Assembly (NCBI GenBank): GCA_021613535.1 | Contig: CP075496.1 | Coordinates: 10,106,001 to 10,170,000, forward strand | Source of the DNA: Adineta vaga | Taxonomy: Eukaryota; Animalia; Rotifera | Reading direction: 5' to 3' | Length of the DNA: 64,000 bases | Part shown: positions 50,996 through 62,353 of the stretch, one piece after another | Numbering within the stretch: position 1 is the stretch's first letter | Layout of the letters: the number at the start of each line of letters is the position of its first letter | The notes under the pieces: generated by a model | Seen by the model: only the letters and a program-made list of their open reading frames with translations | Databases searched by the model: none | What the model was told of the DNA's origin: nothing | Program-made: the position numbers and the translations under genes

Positions 50996-53657
50996 CTAGT
51001 GCAACAGTTTTTATTCCTTGAAAAAATCCTTCGTTTATCATAAGAAATAAATATGGTATATATATGTGTCCTCAAATGATTATCAATCATCCATTTCTAC
51101 AAAAAGTTTCGCCTATTGAATCTTTCTCTTAATCGTTGTTAATCCTTACCACAAGAAAGGATACGTGAGGAAACTAGATGATTCTGTGAGAATATAAAAG
51201 AAAATAACTGGAATTTGGTAGCATGGTGTTCTATATTCAATGATTTATGAATGAGAGAATGTTTTCTATTCGAAAGAAAAATTTGCGTTTGAATACTTTT
51301 CTTATCATATCTTTGATCAAGAAGCATGCAAAAGAACAATTATCTCTGATCTGTTTGATAGTTCCGATTTTTGACGTTATTTTTCTTCAAGCGATCTATC
51401 TGGTGGAATGACAGAACGATAAAAATGATTTATTGTTAATGAATAGGTGAACAAAGTGCTTCGGGAGGTTTTGTATAGAAAATGGTAAATCTATTCTTGT
51501 CAATTATTCTCAACTATCAAGTTTGTATAAAGTTAGTTCAAAACACAATAAGGTGAATATGCTTTTGAAAATGTCTGATAAACACTGAGTAAGAATGGAG
51601 AACAACAAAGCAAATTATTAGATTGTGTTATTACTAGATGATTTGTTTTTATGTAATATTGAAAGGAAATTTTGCTAGAAACATTCTGTATTCAATTATT
51701 AAAAGTAGAAGTGAATAGCATCAGATGAACTAGAAAGAAAAACAGAAAAAAATTTCTTTTGTGTATCTGTATGCTTTATCTCGGGAAGGAAACGCTTGCC
51801 ATATTTATTTTTAGACTTTTTTTTCTCTTATTTGTATTCGAACGGAAAAGTAATTCATTTCACTGCATTTCTCTATAGAGATACAAAGTTCTTATTAGTT
51901 TTTTTGAGATCGAACAAAGACAAATATTGATATCTTACTACTTAGAATGTGTTGTGAGTTTTTAAATTGATGATCGCTTACAGATACGTAAGTTAAAATC
52001 TGTTAAGAATGAACAAAAAAAAATATCTTCCTCTGTTAGTCTTTCATCCTTATTAATAACCATAATCTTGTCACATCGAGCTGGAAACAAAATGGTAAGT
52101 AGAGACTAGATCATCATGGGTGTGTTTATTTTGATTTAATAAGCTTTATAATAAAAACTAAATAGAGATCTGTAATTAGTTATAGATGACATCGTGGTAA
52201 TAGTGTACGTGCTGAATTTAATTGAGCATGATCTATTAGTCTGAGAAATGCGCTATAAAGAATTCTCATCTGTCAATCTAGCGAGTGTTTTCTTCCTTAC
52301 ATAGTTGATCAAACAAGAACTTTTAGCCGCAGTCTTTTTTTACCACCAGAACGGATAAAAAAGATGTGTTCTTAACTAATAGGTTGATTTTTTTTGTTTA
52401 ATAAAAAGTTCGAATATAATAAATAGAATTCTTGTATAATAGTTTATACTTTTCTAGATTAGTTTTTTTTTTGAAGTTCTCTTCTTTTCACTACAAGCAT
52501 GAATATAACAAAATAATTATTACTTTACCTGCAAGTATATTAATACTAACCATTCATTTACATCTTGAGAACTTTTCTTTCTAGATTTATTTTCAGTTTT
52601 TATCAAGTACATCGTTTCTTCTTTTCTTAGATCTTCTAAGAATAAAATAAAGGTATTCTAGTTCTAGAAATTCTATTTAAGTAATACTTAACTTTTATAA
52701 CAGATCATGCGCACGATATACTCTTCATTTTAACAAGAAAAACTTCCACTATTATTCCTACGCCTTTTTTATTCTATTTTTTCTGATGTCAATGTGATAA
52801 TATTCGCCTATATATTTGTTATTATATTCCTACGTTCTCATTAAAAACACTTTTTCATCCTATAAACTTTGTAAAATGAAGATATAAAAGGTTAGAAAAC
52901 AGTCATACGTCAATTTACTTCGAAGAATATTTACTGACTATGCTGAACATATTTGTGACCAGAATGATCAATGATAGAAAGACAAAAAGTAAACAGACGA
53001 CATAAGTTGTGCAAGATAATGATGAAGAAAATTGAAGATTTCTGTCGTTAGTTTTTTGTTTTTATTTTTAGAATAAGATGAGAAGCTTTTTTTAGTGATA
53101 TGGAATTAATCTTTCCATTTGGAGCTTTAGAATCTTTCAAAATAGGTTCAAAGATCATTTTTCTATATCGAGAACATAATGAAACATCCCGTTATTCATT
53201 CTTTCGAAAAACTAAGAATGATTAAGTGAGTTTTGATTCTCATAATTGAATATCTATAAATAAATAACAATATTGAACTTTTCTTTACAAAATCTAGAAG
53301 TTTCCGCTTTCTTTTTCTTCTAAGTTGTTCTTACAATGATTTATTCATCATATGTGCAATGACATTTTCTTTCAGTTCATCTTAGCCTACTCTTTACCTT
53401 GAAGTCTATCATTATCAGAAATATCCTTCGAGACAACCTAGAAGTTCTTCATCAAACATCTGATGAGTGACATAAATTGATATTTTGTTTGATGAAATTA
53501 TTTCATATCTTGTTCTTTACTTAATCAAAATAACAACTGTTGACTACTAATTTCAGTAAAAATAACATTCTAGATAATAATTTCATTCTTTCATATATCG
53601 TAGAAAAGACATATCTAATCTTTCTAAGTATATGTATTGTGTTAATTAACAGGACAA

Positions 53658-54671
53658 ATGTTATCGCCCACATCAACAGCAACCGACGTACATCTTATTC
53701 AAACATGGCAACATATATCATTACAAATCAACTGTTATTTTTCGATATTTTTATTTATATTTGGAATTATTGGAAATATATTAAATATATGTGTTCTATC
53801 TCAACGATCATTACGATCAAATTCATGTGCTTGGTTATTTTTAATTTCATCAATAGCAAATCTTTTCGTGATATTATCCGGTTTAACGACAAGAATTATT
53901 TCTAATTGGACAATTGACATTACTGATACAATTGGTTGGGCTTGTAAACTTCGTGTTTTCGTATTGTATATGTCAAGAACAATTGCTGCATGGTTAATTA
54001 TATTGGCAAGTATCGATCGTTGGTTGTTATCATCTTTAAATGTACATTATCGAAAACTAAGCCAATTAAAATATGCTCAATATGGCACAATTCTAATTAT
54101 AATCTTTTCCATTGCTATTTTTTGTCCTATATTCTATTGTTATGAAGCTAATCTTCTTGAAGCTCCACTTAAATGTTATACGAAATCAATGACATGTCGA
54201 ATATTTGCTGATCAAACATATTTATCTATAACAATTGTATTACCATTGATATCCATGTTTTTATTCGGTTTTCTAACGATGTCAAATGTACGTCGATCAA
54301 AATATCGTGTACAAACGCCATTGCTATTACAAAGACGTAGATCAGGACATGGTCATGAATGTCGTCAACGTTTTAAACCAATTGATCGTCATTTATTGAT
54401 TATGCTTCTTGTGCAAATAAGTTTTTTCGCTTTATTTACTCTTCCACAAGCTTTTCAACAGATTTATTGCACTCTAACAAGAAATTATTGGAAAACATCA
54501 TTACAAAAAACGATTGAAAATTCAATCTTTTCATTTGTTCTTTTATTATCTTATTTAGCAAGTGGAATTCCATTTTATATATATACATTATGTGGTGGAC
54601 ATGCTTTTCAAGAAGCATTCTTCGTTTTTGTTACACGAATTAAACAAACAATTATGTGTCAACAAAAATAG
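53658..54671 (+). CDS. Class A 7TM GPCR, same family
   Basis: GIIGNILN, SNSCAWLFL, ACKLR, IDRW, GIPFYIYTL. Confidence 0.92.
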   Translation: MLSPTSTATDVHLIQTWQHISLQINCYFSIFLFIFGIIGNILNICVLSQRSLRSNSCAWLFLISSIANLFVILSGLTTRIISNWTIDITDTIGWACKLRVFVLYMSRTIAAWLIILASIDRWLLSSLNVHYRKLSQLKYAQYGTILIIIFSIAIFCPIFYCYEANLLEAPLKCYTKSMTCRIFADQTYLSITIVLPLISMFLFGFLTMSNVRRSKYRVQTPLLLQRRRSGHGHECRQRFKPIDRHLLIMLLVQISFFALFTLPQAFQQIYCTLTRNYWKTSLQKTIENSIFSFVLLLSYLASGIPFYIYTLCGGHAFQEAFFVFVTRIKQTIMCQQK

Positions 54672-55013
54672 AATCCTTATTTTGTTTTTAAAATTGACAT
54701 ATTCATTAATAAGAGTCGTATCGATTGGTTTTTTTTGTGAAAATATTCCTCATTCGAATATCGATGTACGGAATAAGAATAAAATTTTATGAATATATAT
54801 ATATATATATCTATGATTCATCATAGACAGTACTCTCACAACAACAAAAAAACAACATAGAATTTTGCAAGAAGAAAAATTAAATATCACAGCGATTCAC
54901 AAACTATTTTTTTTGCTTCTTGCTATCGTCAACAACACGATAGTAAAAAACAGTATTCAAGCATTGTTTTATGTCTTTCACCACGTGCGTTTTGCGTTAT
55001 AATTTGATTTAAA

Positions 55014-56795
55014 ATGCATATTGAATCATTTGCTAATGAATTATTTCTTGAAGTATTTCAATATCTTACAACATCGAATATTTATCATGCATTTCATGGT
55101 CTCAATGATCGTTTTGATACAATAATTCTTGAATATTTTCGAACTTGTGATATTAATTTTCGATCAATATCAAAATATGATTTCGATTTTATTTGTGAAC
55201 ATTATCTGACACAAACAATTGATCATATTAGTTCACTTTGTCTATCAGATGACGATGATACACCTGGACAAATTGAACAATTTCTCTCACATGGTTTTAC
55301 TATTCGTCAATTCAGTAATTTAAAATCACTTTTTCTATCAAATATTCGCTCGGAAACATTGATGGAAACTCTAATGATAGATTTATTATCATTAACGAAT
55401 CTTGTTCATTTAAATTTCGAACAATGTTATTTTCCATCAGAAGATACTCAAAATAAAGCAATTTTATTTACAAATTATATCTGGAATTTACCTAGACTTA
55501 TTCATTTTTGTTTTAAAGTGAAATATAAATATCGACAATCTCATCATTTCGTTAATAGATATCGTCGAGATCGAAGTATTTGTCTTCATCCAACAATCAC
55601 TTCATCAACACTTCAACGTGTAATAATTATTGGTTTGGAACCATGTCATATCCCTTTAGATCAGCTACTGACATGTACACCATGTCTTAAACATCTCGTG
55701 ATCGAGATACACTTCGATGCTAACAATGGTCAATTAATTCCAATCATACAAATAACTAATTTGGTAATGTCAATACGAAATCAAGGAAGTGAACAAGATT
55801 TCTTTAATCTTTTACGACATATGCCAGATTTAAATCGTCTTAAAATAGATTTTGACTATTCATATATATTTACATATGGACAAAAATGGGAAGAACTTAT
55901 CAATCAGCATTTAACAAAACTCAAACGATTACAGTTTCGAATGATAAGACATATTCAAAGTTGGATGACAGAAGAAAGACAAATTAATCATATTCTTGAT
56001 ACATTTCGAAGTGAGTTTTGGCTTGTAAAACGTCATTGGTATATTCAATGTGATTGGTATTCTGGACGAGAGATTCATATATATACTTTACCTTATGCTT
56101 TCGATAAATATCAGTTTCTTTTCCCTATTTTGTCAAAATCAACTTATCCAAATGAGATCAATCAACGATCCTATGATAATGTTCGTAATTTAATGTATAA
56201 ACCTCGTTTTTCTGAGATGTCATCTACATCTCATATTCAATTTTATAATATTGAACATCTGTCAATAGATTTTCCAATTAGTAATCATTTTTGGACAATT
56301 GTACCCAATCTTGATCATTTGAAATCACTCGATGTCTTATCAAATGATCATGATGAATTATGTCAAAATCAACTACAAGAATTACTTGAACGATCTCCTC
56401 GTCTATCATCAATTCGTATCTGTTGGAAAACTTTAACAAGTCCTTTAAAACAACTTTTCGATAGTCGAAATTTATCTGTTTATCATTTAGAATTATTATG
56501 TTATGGTGGATGGTTAAAACATGAAAAATGTGTGATGTTAAATAGTATTATACCTGGTATTCATTGTAAAGTATTGAATCTAATGGTTGCCGATCGATCC
56601 TGTATACTTGATCTTATAAATACATTAAATCATCTAACTGCTTTGAATATTGAATGTCGAAGTGAGAAAACAAGCAAACGCAATAAGACAACGAAAGATG
56701 ATATATGCCAATGGTTACAAGAGCAACTTTTATCAGCATTTCCTAGTATACATATATCTCGACAAAATGATATTATTCGATTATGGATTCGTTAA
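55014..56795 (+). CDS. F-box-like/LRR protein, intact, intronless
   Basis: IESFANELFLEVFQYL..AFHGLNDRF; LSDDDDTPGQI; GQKWEELI..HLTKLKRLQF; IYTLPYAF. Confidence 0.88.
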   Translation: MHIESFANELFLEVFQYLTTSNIYHAFHGLNDRFDTIILEYFRTCDINFRSISKYDFDFICEHYLTQTIDHISSLCLSDDDDTPGQIEQFLSHGFTIRQFSNLKSLFLSNIRSETLMETLMIDLLSLTNLVHLNFEQCYFPSEDTQNKAILFTNYIWNLPRLIHFCFKVKYKYRQSHHFVNRYRRDRSICLHPTITSSTLQRVIIIGLEPCHIPLDQLLTCTPCLKHLVIEIHFDANNGQLIPIIQITNLVMSIRNQGSEQDFFNLLRHMPDLNRLKIDFDYSYIFTYGQKWEELINQHLTKLKRLQFRMIRHIQSWMTEERQINHILDTFRSEFWLVKRHWYIQCDWYSGREIHIYTLPYAFDKYQFLFPILSKSTYPNEINQRSYDNVRNLMYKPRFSEMSSTSHIQFYNIEHLSIDFPISNHFWTIVPNLDHLKSLDVLSNDHDELCQNQLQELLERSPRLSSIRICWKTLTSPLKQLFDSRNLSVYHLELLCYGGWLKHEKCVMLNSIIPGIHCKVLNLMVADRSCILDLINTLNHLTALNIECRSEKTSKRNKTTKDDICQWLQEQLLSAFPSIHISRQNDIIRLWIR

Positions 56796-57909
56796 TAATA
56801 AAATCAATTTAAATAGATCCTACTACTTCCATCGATGTCAAAACAATCGTACAAGAACAATACTTATGTGAACAATTCAAAATTCTATTTCAGTATTAAG
56901 TTTTTCGATCAATTGCTTCAAATTACAAGGAACGGAAAATTTATCTGACAGTAATTGAACTTTTTTATGATTAACAGTGTAGAAACATGCCGTGAAACAA
57001 GTACATAAAAATAATCTTTTCTTTTTCATCAAGAAACATTTCCCTCTGGCATCTAAAACTTTAATATTCTGTTTCAAAAATATAAAGAAAAATTAATTTT
57101 ATCCTTGATATCTTCGTAAGTAGCATTTAGATAGATAATTAGATCGCTTGATAGTATCATGGACATCGAATGTAATGTCTGTTGTATGTTAAAGTTTAGA
57201 ATCATCAACCTACGACGACAGGATTTTAACAAGTGTGAAAACAACTGGTTTTTGTCATTGAATACAATTTAGAGAATTCGAATTCTGTATAAAACAGAAT
57301 TGACTGTGGTAGCGTTATCTTTCAATCTTTTTGCGTATAACTTATATACAACAAATTCATCATTTTCCACTTTCTTTCTAAAGTCATGTTTTCGACGTTA
57401 TGTTGATAGAGAATACAATATTCAATAACAGTAGATCAACCATTGCTGTATGCATACCTATGCTTATTTTTAATAGCATCCGCTGCATAATAACTTTTTC
57501 TATTCTCAGCGTTCGATTGTTCTTTTTCATTCTATAAAAAGAAACAAAATTGGTTCTTATAATAATTCCATAGAAAGTAATCATAGATTGTATATATTAC
57601 GCGTTAGAAAAATAAGTTTGATTTGTTGATATCATTTGACATTAGTTTTCAAAGTTCTGTTACTTTGAATAATAAATTATTGAGTTCCATTGAATAGTTT
57701 TATCTATTAGAATTAATGTGATATATTTGTCAGAAAAATTGATGAGATTAAAGATGAAGACTAGCAGACGACAACAGATCTTTTTAGAATCATTGTTTTC
57801 ATTCTTCATAGATGTCTTATATAGATTTGACTAATTAAATAATTTTTCTAAACATTTCTTTCAGTCGCTTGCACTCAAAGAATTCAATGATATTTTACAG
57901 AGTCTGAAC

Positions 57910-58925
57910 ATGTCGAACATATCATCGGATCTTTCTACCATTGAATTGTATAATAATTTAACAATTCAAATCGATCGATATTTTGGCGTATTTATATTTC
58001 TCTTTGCGGTTATTGGAAATATTCTCAATATTCTTGTTCTTTCTCAACGAACACTCCGTTCCAATCCATGTTCATGGCTTTTTCTAACTTCATCAATCGC
58101 GAATCTAATTTCAATCTTATTTGCACTTACAACACGAATTATGGCTGGGTGGTCGATAGATCCAACAGATACTCAAGCATGGATATGTAAACTTCGTGCA
58201 TTCGTATTATTCACTTCACGAACAATTGCATTTTGGTTAATTGCACTAGCAACTATTGATCGTTGGCTAGCACAAGTCCCAATGCACTTCATCGACAAAT
58301 GAATACATTAAAGAATATTCAAAAGAGTTTTTTTTGTGTTGTCTCTGTTTCAATTATTATTTATAGTCAAATATTTTATTGTTATGATGCAAATCTTATT
58401 CTTACACCATTAAAATGTTATGGCAAATCAACAGTCTGTCGATTATTTTCAGATTTTGTTTATGGAAGTTTTAGTATCTTATTACCTTTAGTTTGTATGA
58501 TTATCTTTGGAATAAAAACAATATTTAATATTCATCACGTTCAAACTCGTATACGTCCAAATAATGTAACACCTTTGCATCATAGTCAAAATCTAAGTAT
58601 CATCTATCGAGAAATTACAGTCAATTTATGGAAGAAACAAGATCGTCATTTATTTATAATGTTAACTGTACAAGTAATTATTCAAAGTATACTAACACTT
58701 CCTCAAGTTATGGCCAAAATTTATATATCAACAACAATGTTTCAATTACAAACACCATTGAAATTATCTATGGATCATTTTATTTATAATTTTGCATTAC
58801 TTCTATCTTTTCTAGCCAATGGAATGCCATTTTATATCTATACTCTATGTGGTGGAACGGTTTTTCGTAAACCATTATCAAATCTATCGAATTTGATTAT
58901 TACCATGCTCGTTCGTCATAGATAA
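57910..58925 (+). pseudogene. Class A 7TM GPCR with 1-nt frameshift just after DRW (~58272)
   Basis: ORFs 57910..58302 and 58263..58925 join as DRWLA(S)SPNALHRQ if one base is restored. Confidence 0.82.
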
Positions 58926-59794
58926 ATGAACTTTTCGGAAAATGTGAACATATATTGATGACTTTTTGTTCTAGTATTTACGTGTTTATAATAATAAGAT
59001 TATAGTGTGACTATATTTTTAAAGAAAATTAAATGAAGAGATTTTCTACTCAAAGATGCCAAGTATAATCTGACAAGAGCATTTCAATTATTGAGAATAA
59101 ATATTTAAAAAACTGTTAAAGTTGATATGCAAGTACACAATGAAATGTAGTGAATTTTATGAAAAAAACTGGATTTTAATAGTAAATTTTGAAGAAAAAG
59201 AATTGAGATGTTTTTCGAGTAATCAACAAATGATTTATATCTTCATTTAAATGAACATTTGCATGTTTAATGACCTACTGAAATATTTCCTGATGATTTT
59301 AATGAAATATGTAATACCTACAAGCATCAGTAAATGTCATGTCATGCGTTGTATTATGATATAGATATGACTTTAATATTAATTTATATAGTCTTAATGT
59401 TTTAATTAACTTAAAATCATGGGAAAAAACCCGTTGACATCACTTCTCTAGAGGTTACTAATACAAAATAAGAATCAGCAGTCACGCAGAAATGAAATAG
59501 TAACCTAGATGTTGAAGAATGCATGATTAACAATAAACATATATCTCTTTCTGATTCGATGCATAAAATTGATAGAAAATATCGTCTAGCGTTATTCATC
59601 ACTTTAACAATTACTAATCTTTACGAGTGAAAAGAATGCTTCGTTGATTTATATTGATAGTAAAAAGAAAACCAAAGGCTTTTTTTCTGCATAATCTTCT
59701 TCATAGACATTAAAATCAATTTCGACTGAAATGTCTGTTTTACAAAATATCCAACAGGCAAATAAAAAGAAAGAAAATATGTATATTAGTGAAA

Positions 59795-61784
59795 TCAATG
59801 AGCAGTATATAGAGTACAAACATCATCAATTGTCAGTTCACGATTGAAAATACGCCAATCATCAATTGAACCGAGGAATGGACCAGGTGCACTAATGAAT
59901 CCTTTCGAACATTCTGTACAACCAGATAAACAATTACCCAATGTAAAATAATTTGGTGTTGTTTCACTTGCTAAGAATGTTGAAGCAGGAGATGTACTCA
60001 CTAATATATTATTAATATATAGTTTCAGTCCACCCGTTGAGCTCCATGTTTGAACAACAAATATCCATGATGATGTGCTCGCTGGATTAGGATCAATAGC
60101 TGATACTAATACATTATTACTTGTTAAAACTTGAGCAACAATCGATCCATTGGAAGAAAATCCCAATAATGGAAAACATGTTGAGCCTGTACCTGATGCA
60201 GACGTTGATAGATGAACTAATGTACCGACCAAACTTTGTGGTCGAATCCAGAATACGATTGAAAATGGTTGATTACTAATACCAAATGAAGTGAAACCCC
60301 ATGTTTGAAAATATGACTGTGATGTACCACTTAATGATATTGCTTGGTTTTTATAACCATTAATAATTGATGTTGTTGAAAATGTATTCAGGACTTTATT
60401 AGGTCCTGAATCAATATATGGAGCAGATGTACGATCAAATTTGAAATAAGCAGCTAGCGTTGCTTGTTCAAGTATTTCACATGACGATTTTGCTCGTCCA
60501 GAAATTTTTATTTCATCCATATAACCCTAAATAAGACGTCGTTTGAATACAAAATTGAAATATTATTTTCAGTATAATTACTTGAAAAAAATTGTCTGGA
60601 TAGTTTACCCCTGCATTGGTACCAATAGTAAAGTCGCCCGATGAAACTAGTAATGCACTCTGTGAAGTTTGTTTTCCATTGATAAATCCATTCAGATAGA
60701 TAGTTTGTAATTTTGTTGTTATATCAAAAACAAATGCAACATGCATCCATTGATCAAATGAAATATATGTTCCACCTTGTATATCATCATAATAGAAACC
60801 AAAGTAAAGATTTCTATTACGAATATTAATATGTAAACAATGATCGACGATTAGTGATGGACATGAACCAACTATACTAAGATCGTAAGTACGTTGATAT
60901 CCAGTTGGTTTAATCCATGCTTCGATTGTAAAACTAACCTCATTTAATGGTATATGTGGAGTATAAATTGCTTGTTGAGTAGAAGCATTAAAGTAAACTG
61001 CTTGGCCAATAAAACCAGTAGTAAAAGTTGGAAGATTTGTAGATGTTCTTCCATTATAAACACCTGTTTTGTCAGTAAATATTCCCTCAAAAGACCATTG
61101 AGCAAGAATACTTGAATCATCTATCCATGATTGATTGAGACACGATGGACCACAGATAAGAGGTGTCGTTGTAACTAAGAAATGAAAAATAAAAGATATG
61201 AGATTATTCGCGTTATAATTAATCATTCTATAGTAAACTGTTCATTATAGATAGTAGAAATTTACTAACATGGAGTAGTGGATGGATAAGTTATTGTTGG
61301 GACAGTAATATCCATATAGGTATCATTTGCTATATAAATATAATAAATAATTTTGAAAGGAAATTAAATTAAATAAAAAAAACTAACTTGTATTGGCTAC
61401 TACTAGTATAAAATCTCGCTTTCGAAGCATAAGAGCTGCAAGGGCAGCAGCAAGAAGACCAAGAGCCGTTAGAAGAAGACATAATAATGGCCAAGGAAGG
61501 AATAAACATTTACGGTGTCTATATAGAAAAGAAATTTGAGTTTTTTCATAGGAAATTCATCGACAAGGAAAAATATATCGAATCTATATGTAATGAATTC
61601 ATCATCGATTAATTTTACCTTCGACGGTTTTTTCTCTCGTTTTTTTCTATTTTTTCGTCGTTGTGTGTTTGTTCAAGTGCCATTACTTCGATGTTAACAG
61701 GCACTGCAATATCATCCTACAAGATAAAATTTATTGATTAAAAATAATCTATCGTTTAGAACTTACAACAATTCCCTTATCCAT
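59795..61784 (-). CDS. Type II membrane protein with two LamG/concanavalin-A-like (Laminin_G_3) domains; 6 exons
   Basis: MDKGIV|DDIAV..RRR|HRKCLFLPWPLLCLLLTALGLLAAALAALML|..; SFTIEAWIKP..QWMHVAFVFD..IYLNG..FQ|GYMDEI; FSIVFWIRP..LKLYINN..GSIDDWRIFNREL. Confidence 0.82.
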
Positions 61785-62353
61785 GGTGTTAACTAAAAAC
61801 AAACTTATAGTATCAAACAAAGATTGATATGAAAGGAGAAATGAATGAATCGTAGATGATGAATGTTTTTCTTAGTATGTAGGTGGAATTTTATAACAAT
61901 ATTATGGATAATATATTCAAAATAGTTTGGCATCAGCTTTTGAATATCAACGCATTCATCTCTTGCTTGTTGTTGATATACTATGGTAACATTTGGTGTC
62001 GACGTTTGTACTTTATTGTTTTTCATCGAACTATTTCGAAAATTATTCAAAACAAAATAGTATTCTGCTCGAATGTCTTACAAATTTTTCTGTTACACAT
62101 TGTCGATTCTATAGATACTCAAGAAGGATACAATAATGAAGTCAACCTATCAAACATCGTCTCTAGCAAGAAGTAAAAAAACGTGTCATGCATTACATTT
62201 CACATGGTACCATGGATAACTGAAACGTTTTTATTTCACTGATGTACAATTATATAATCAGAACTCTTCTTTCATTCATAACTTTTATCAAGCAAAATTG
62301 TAAAAAAAAAAGGAAAAACTAATTTCAATAAAAATCATGCAGCAAAAACGAAA

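Noticed and set aside
61805-62176. ORFs upstream of the LamG gene as additional coding exons
   Set aside because: Could not be spliced in frame convincingly; ATG at 61784 gives a complete model
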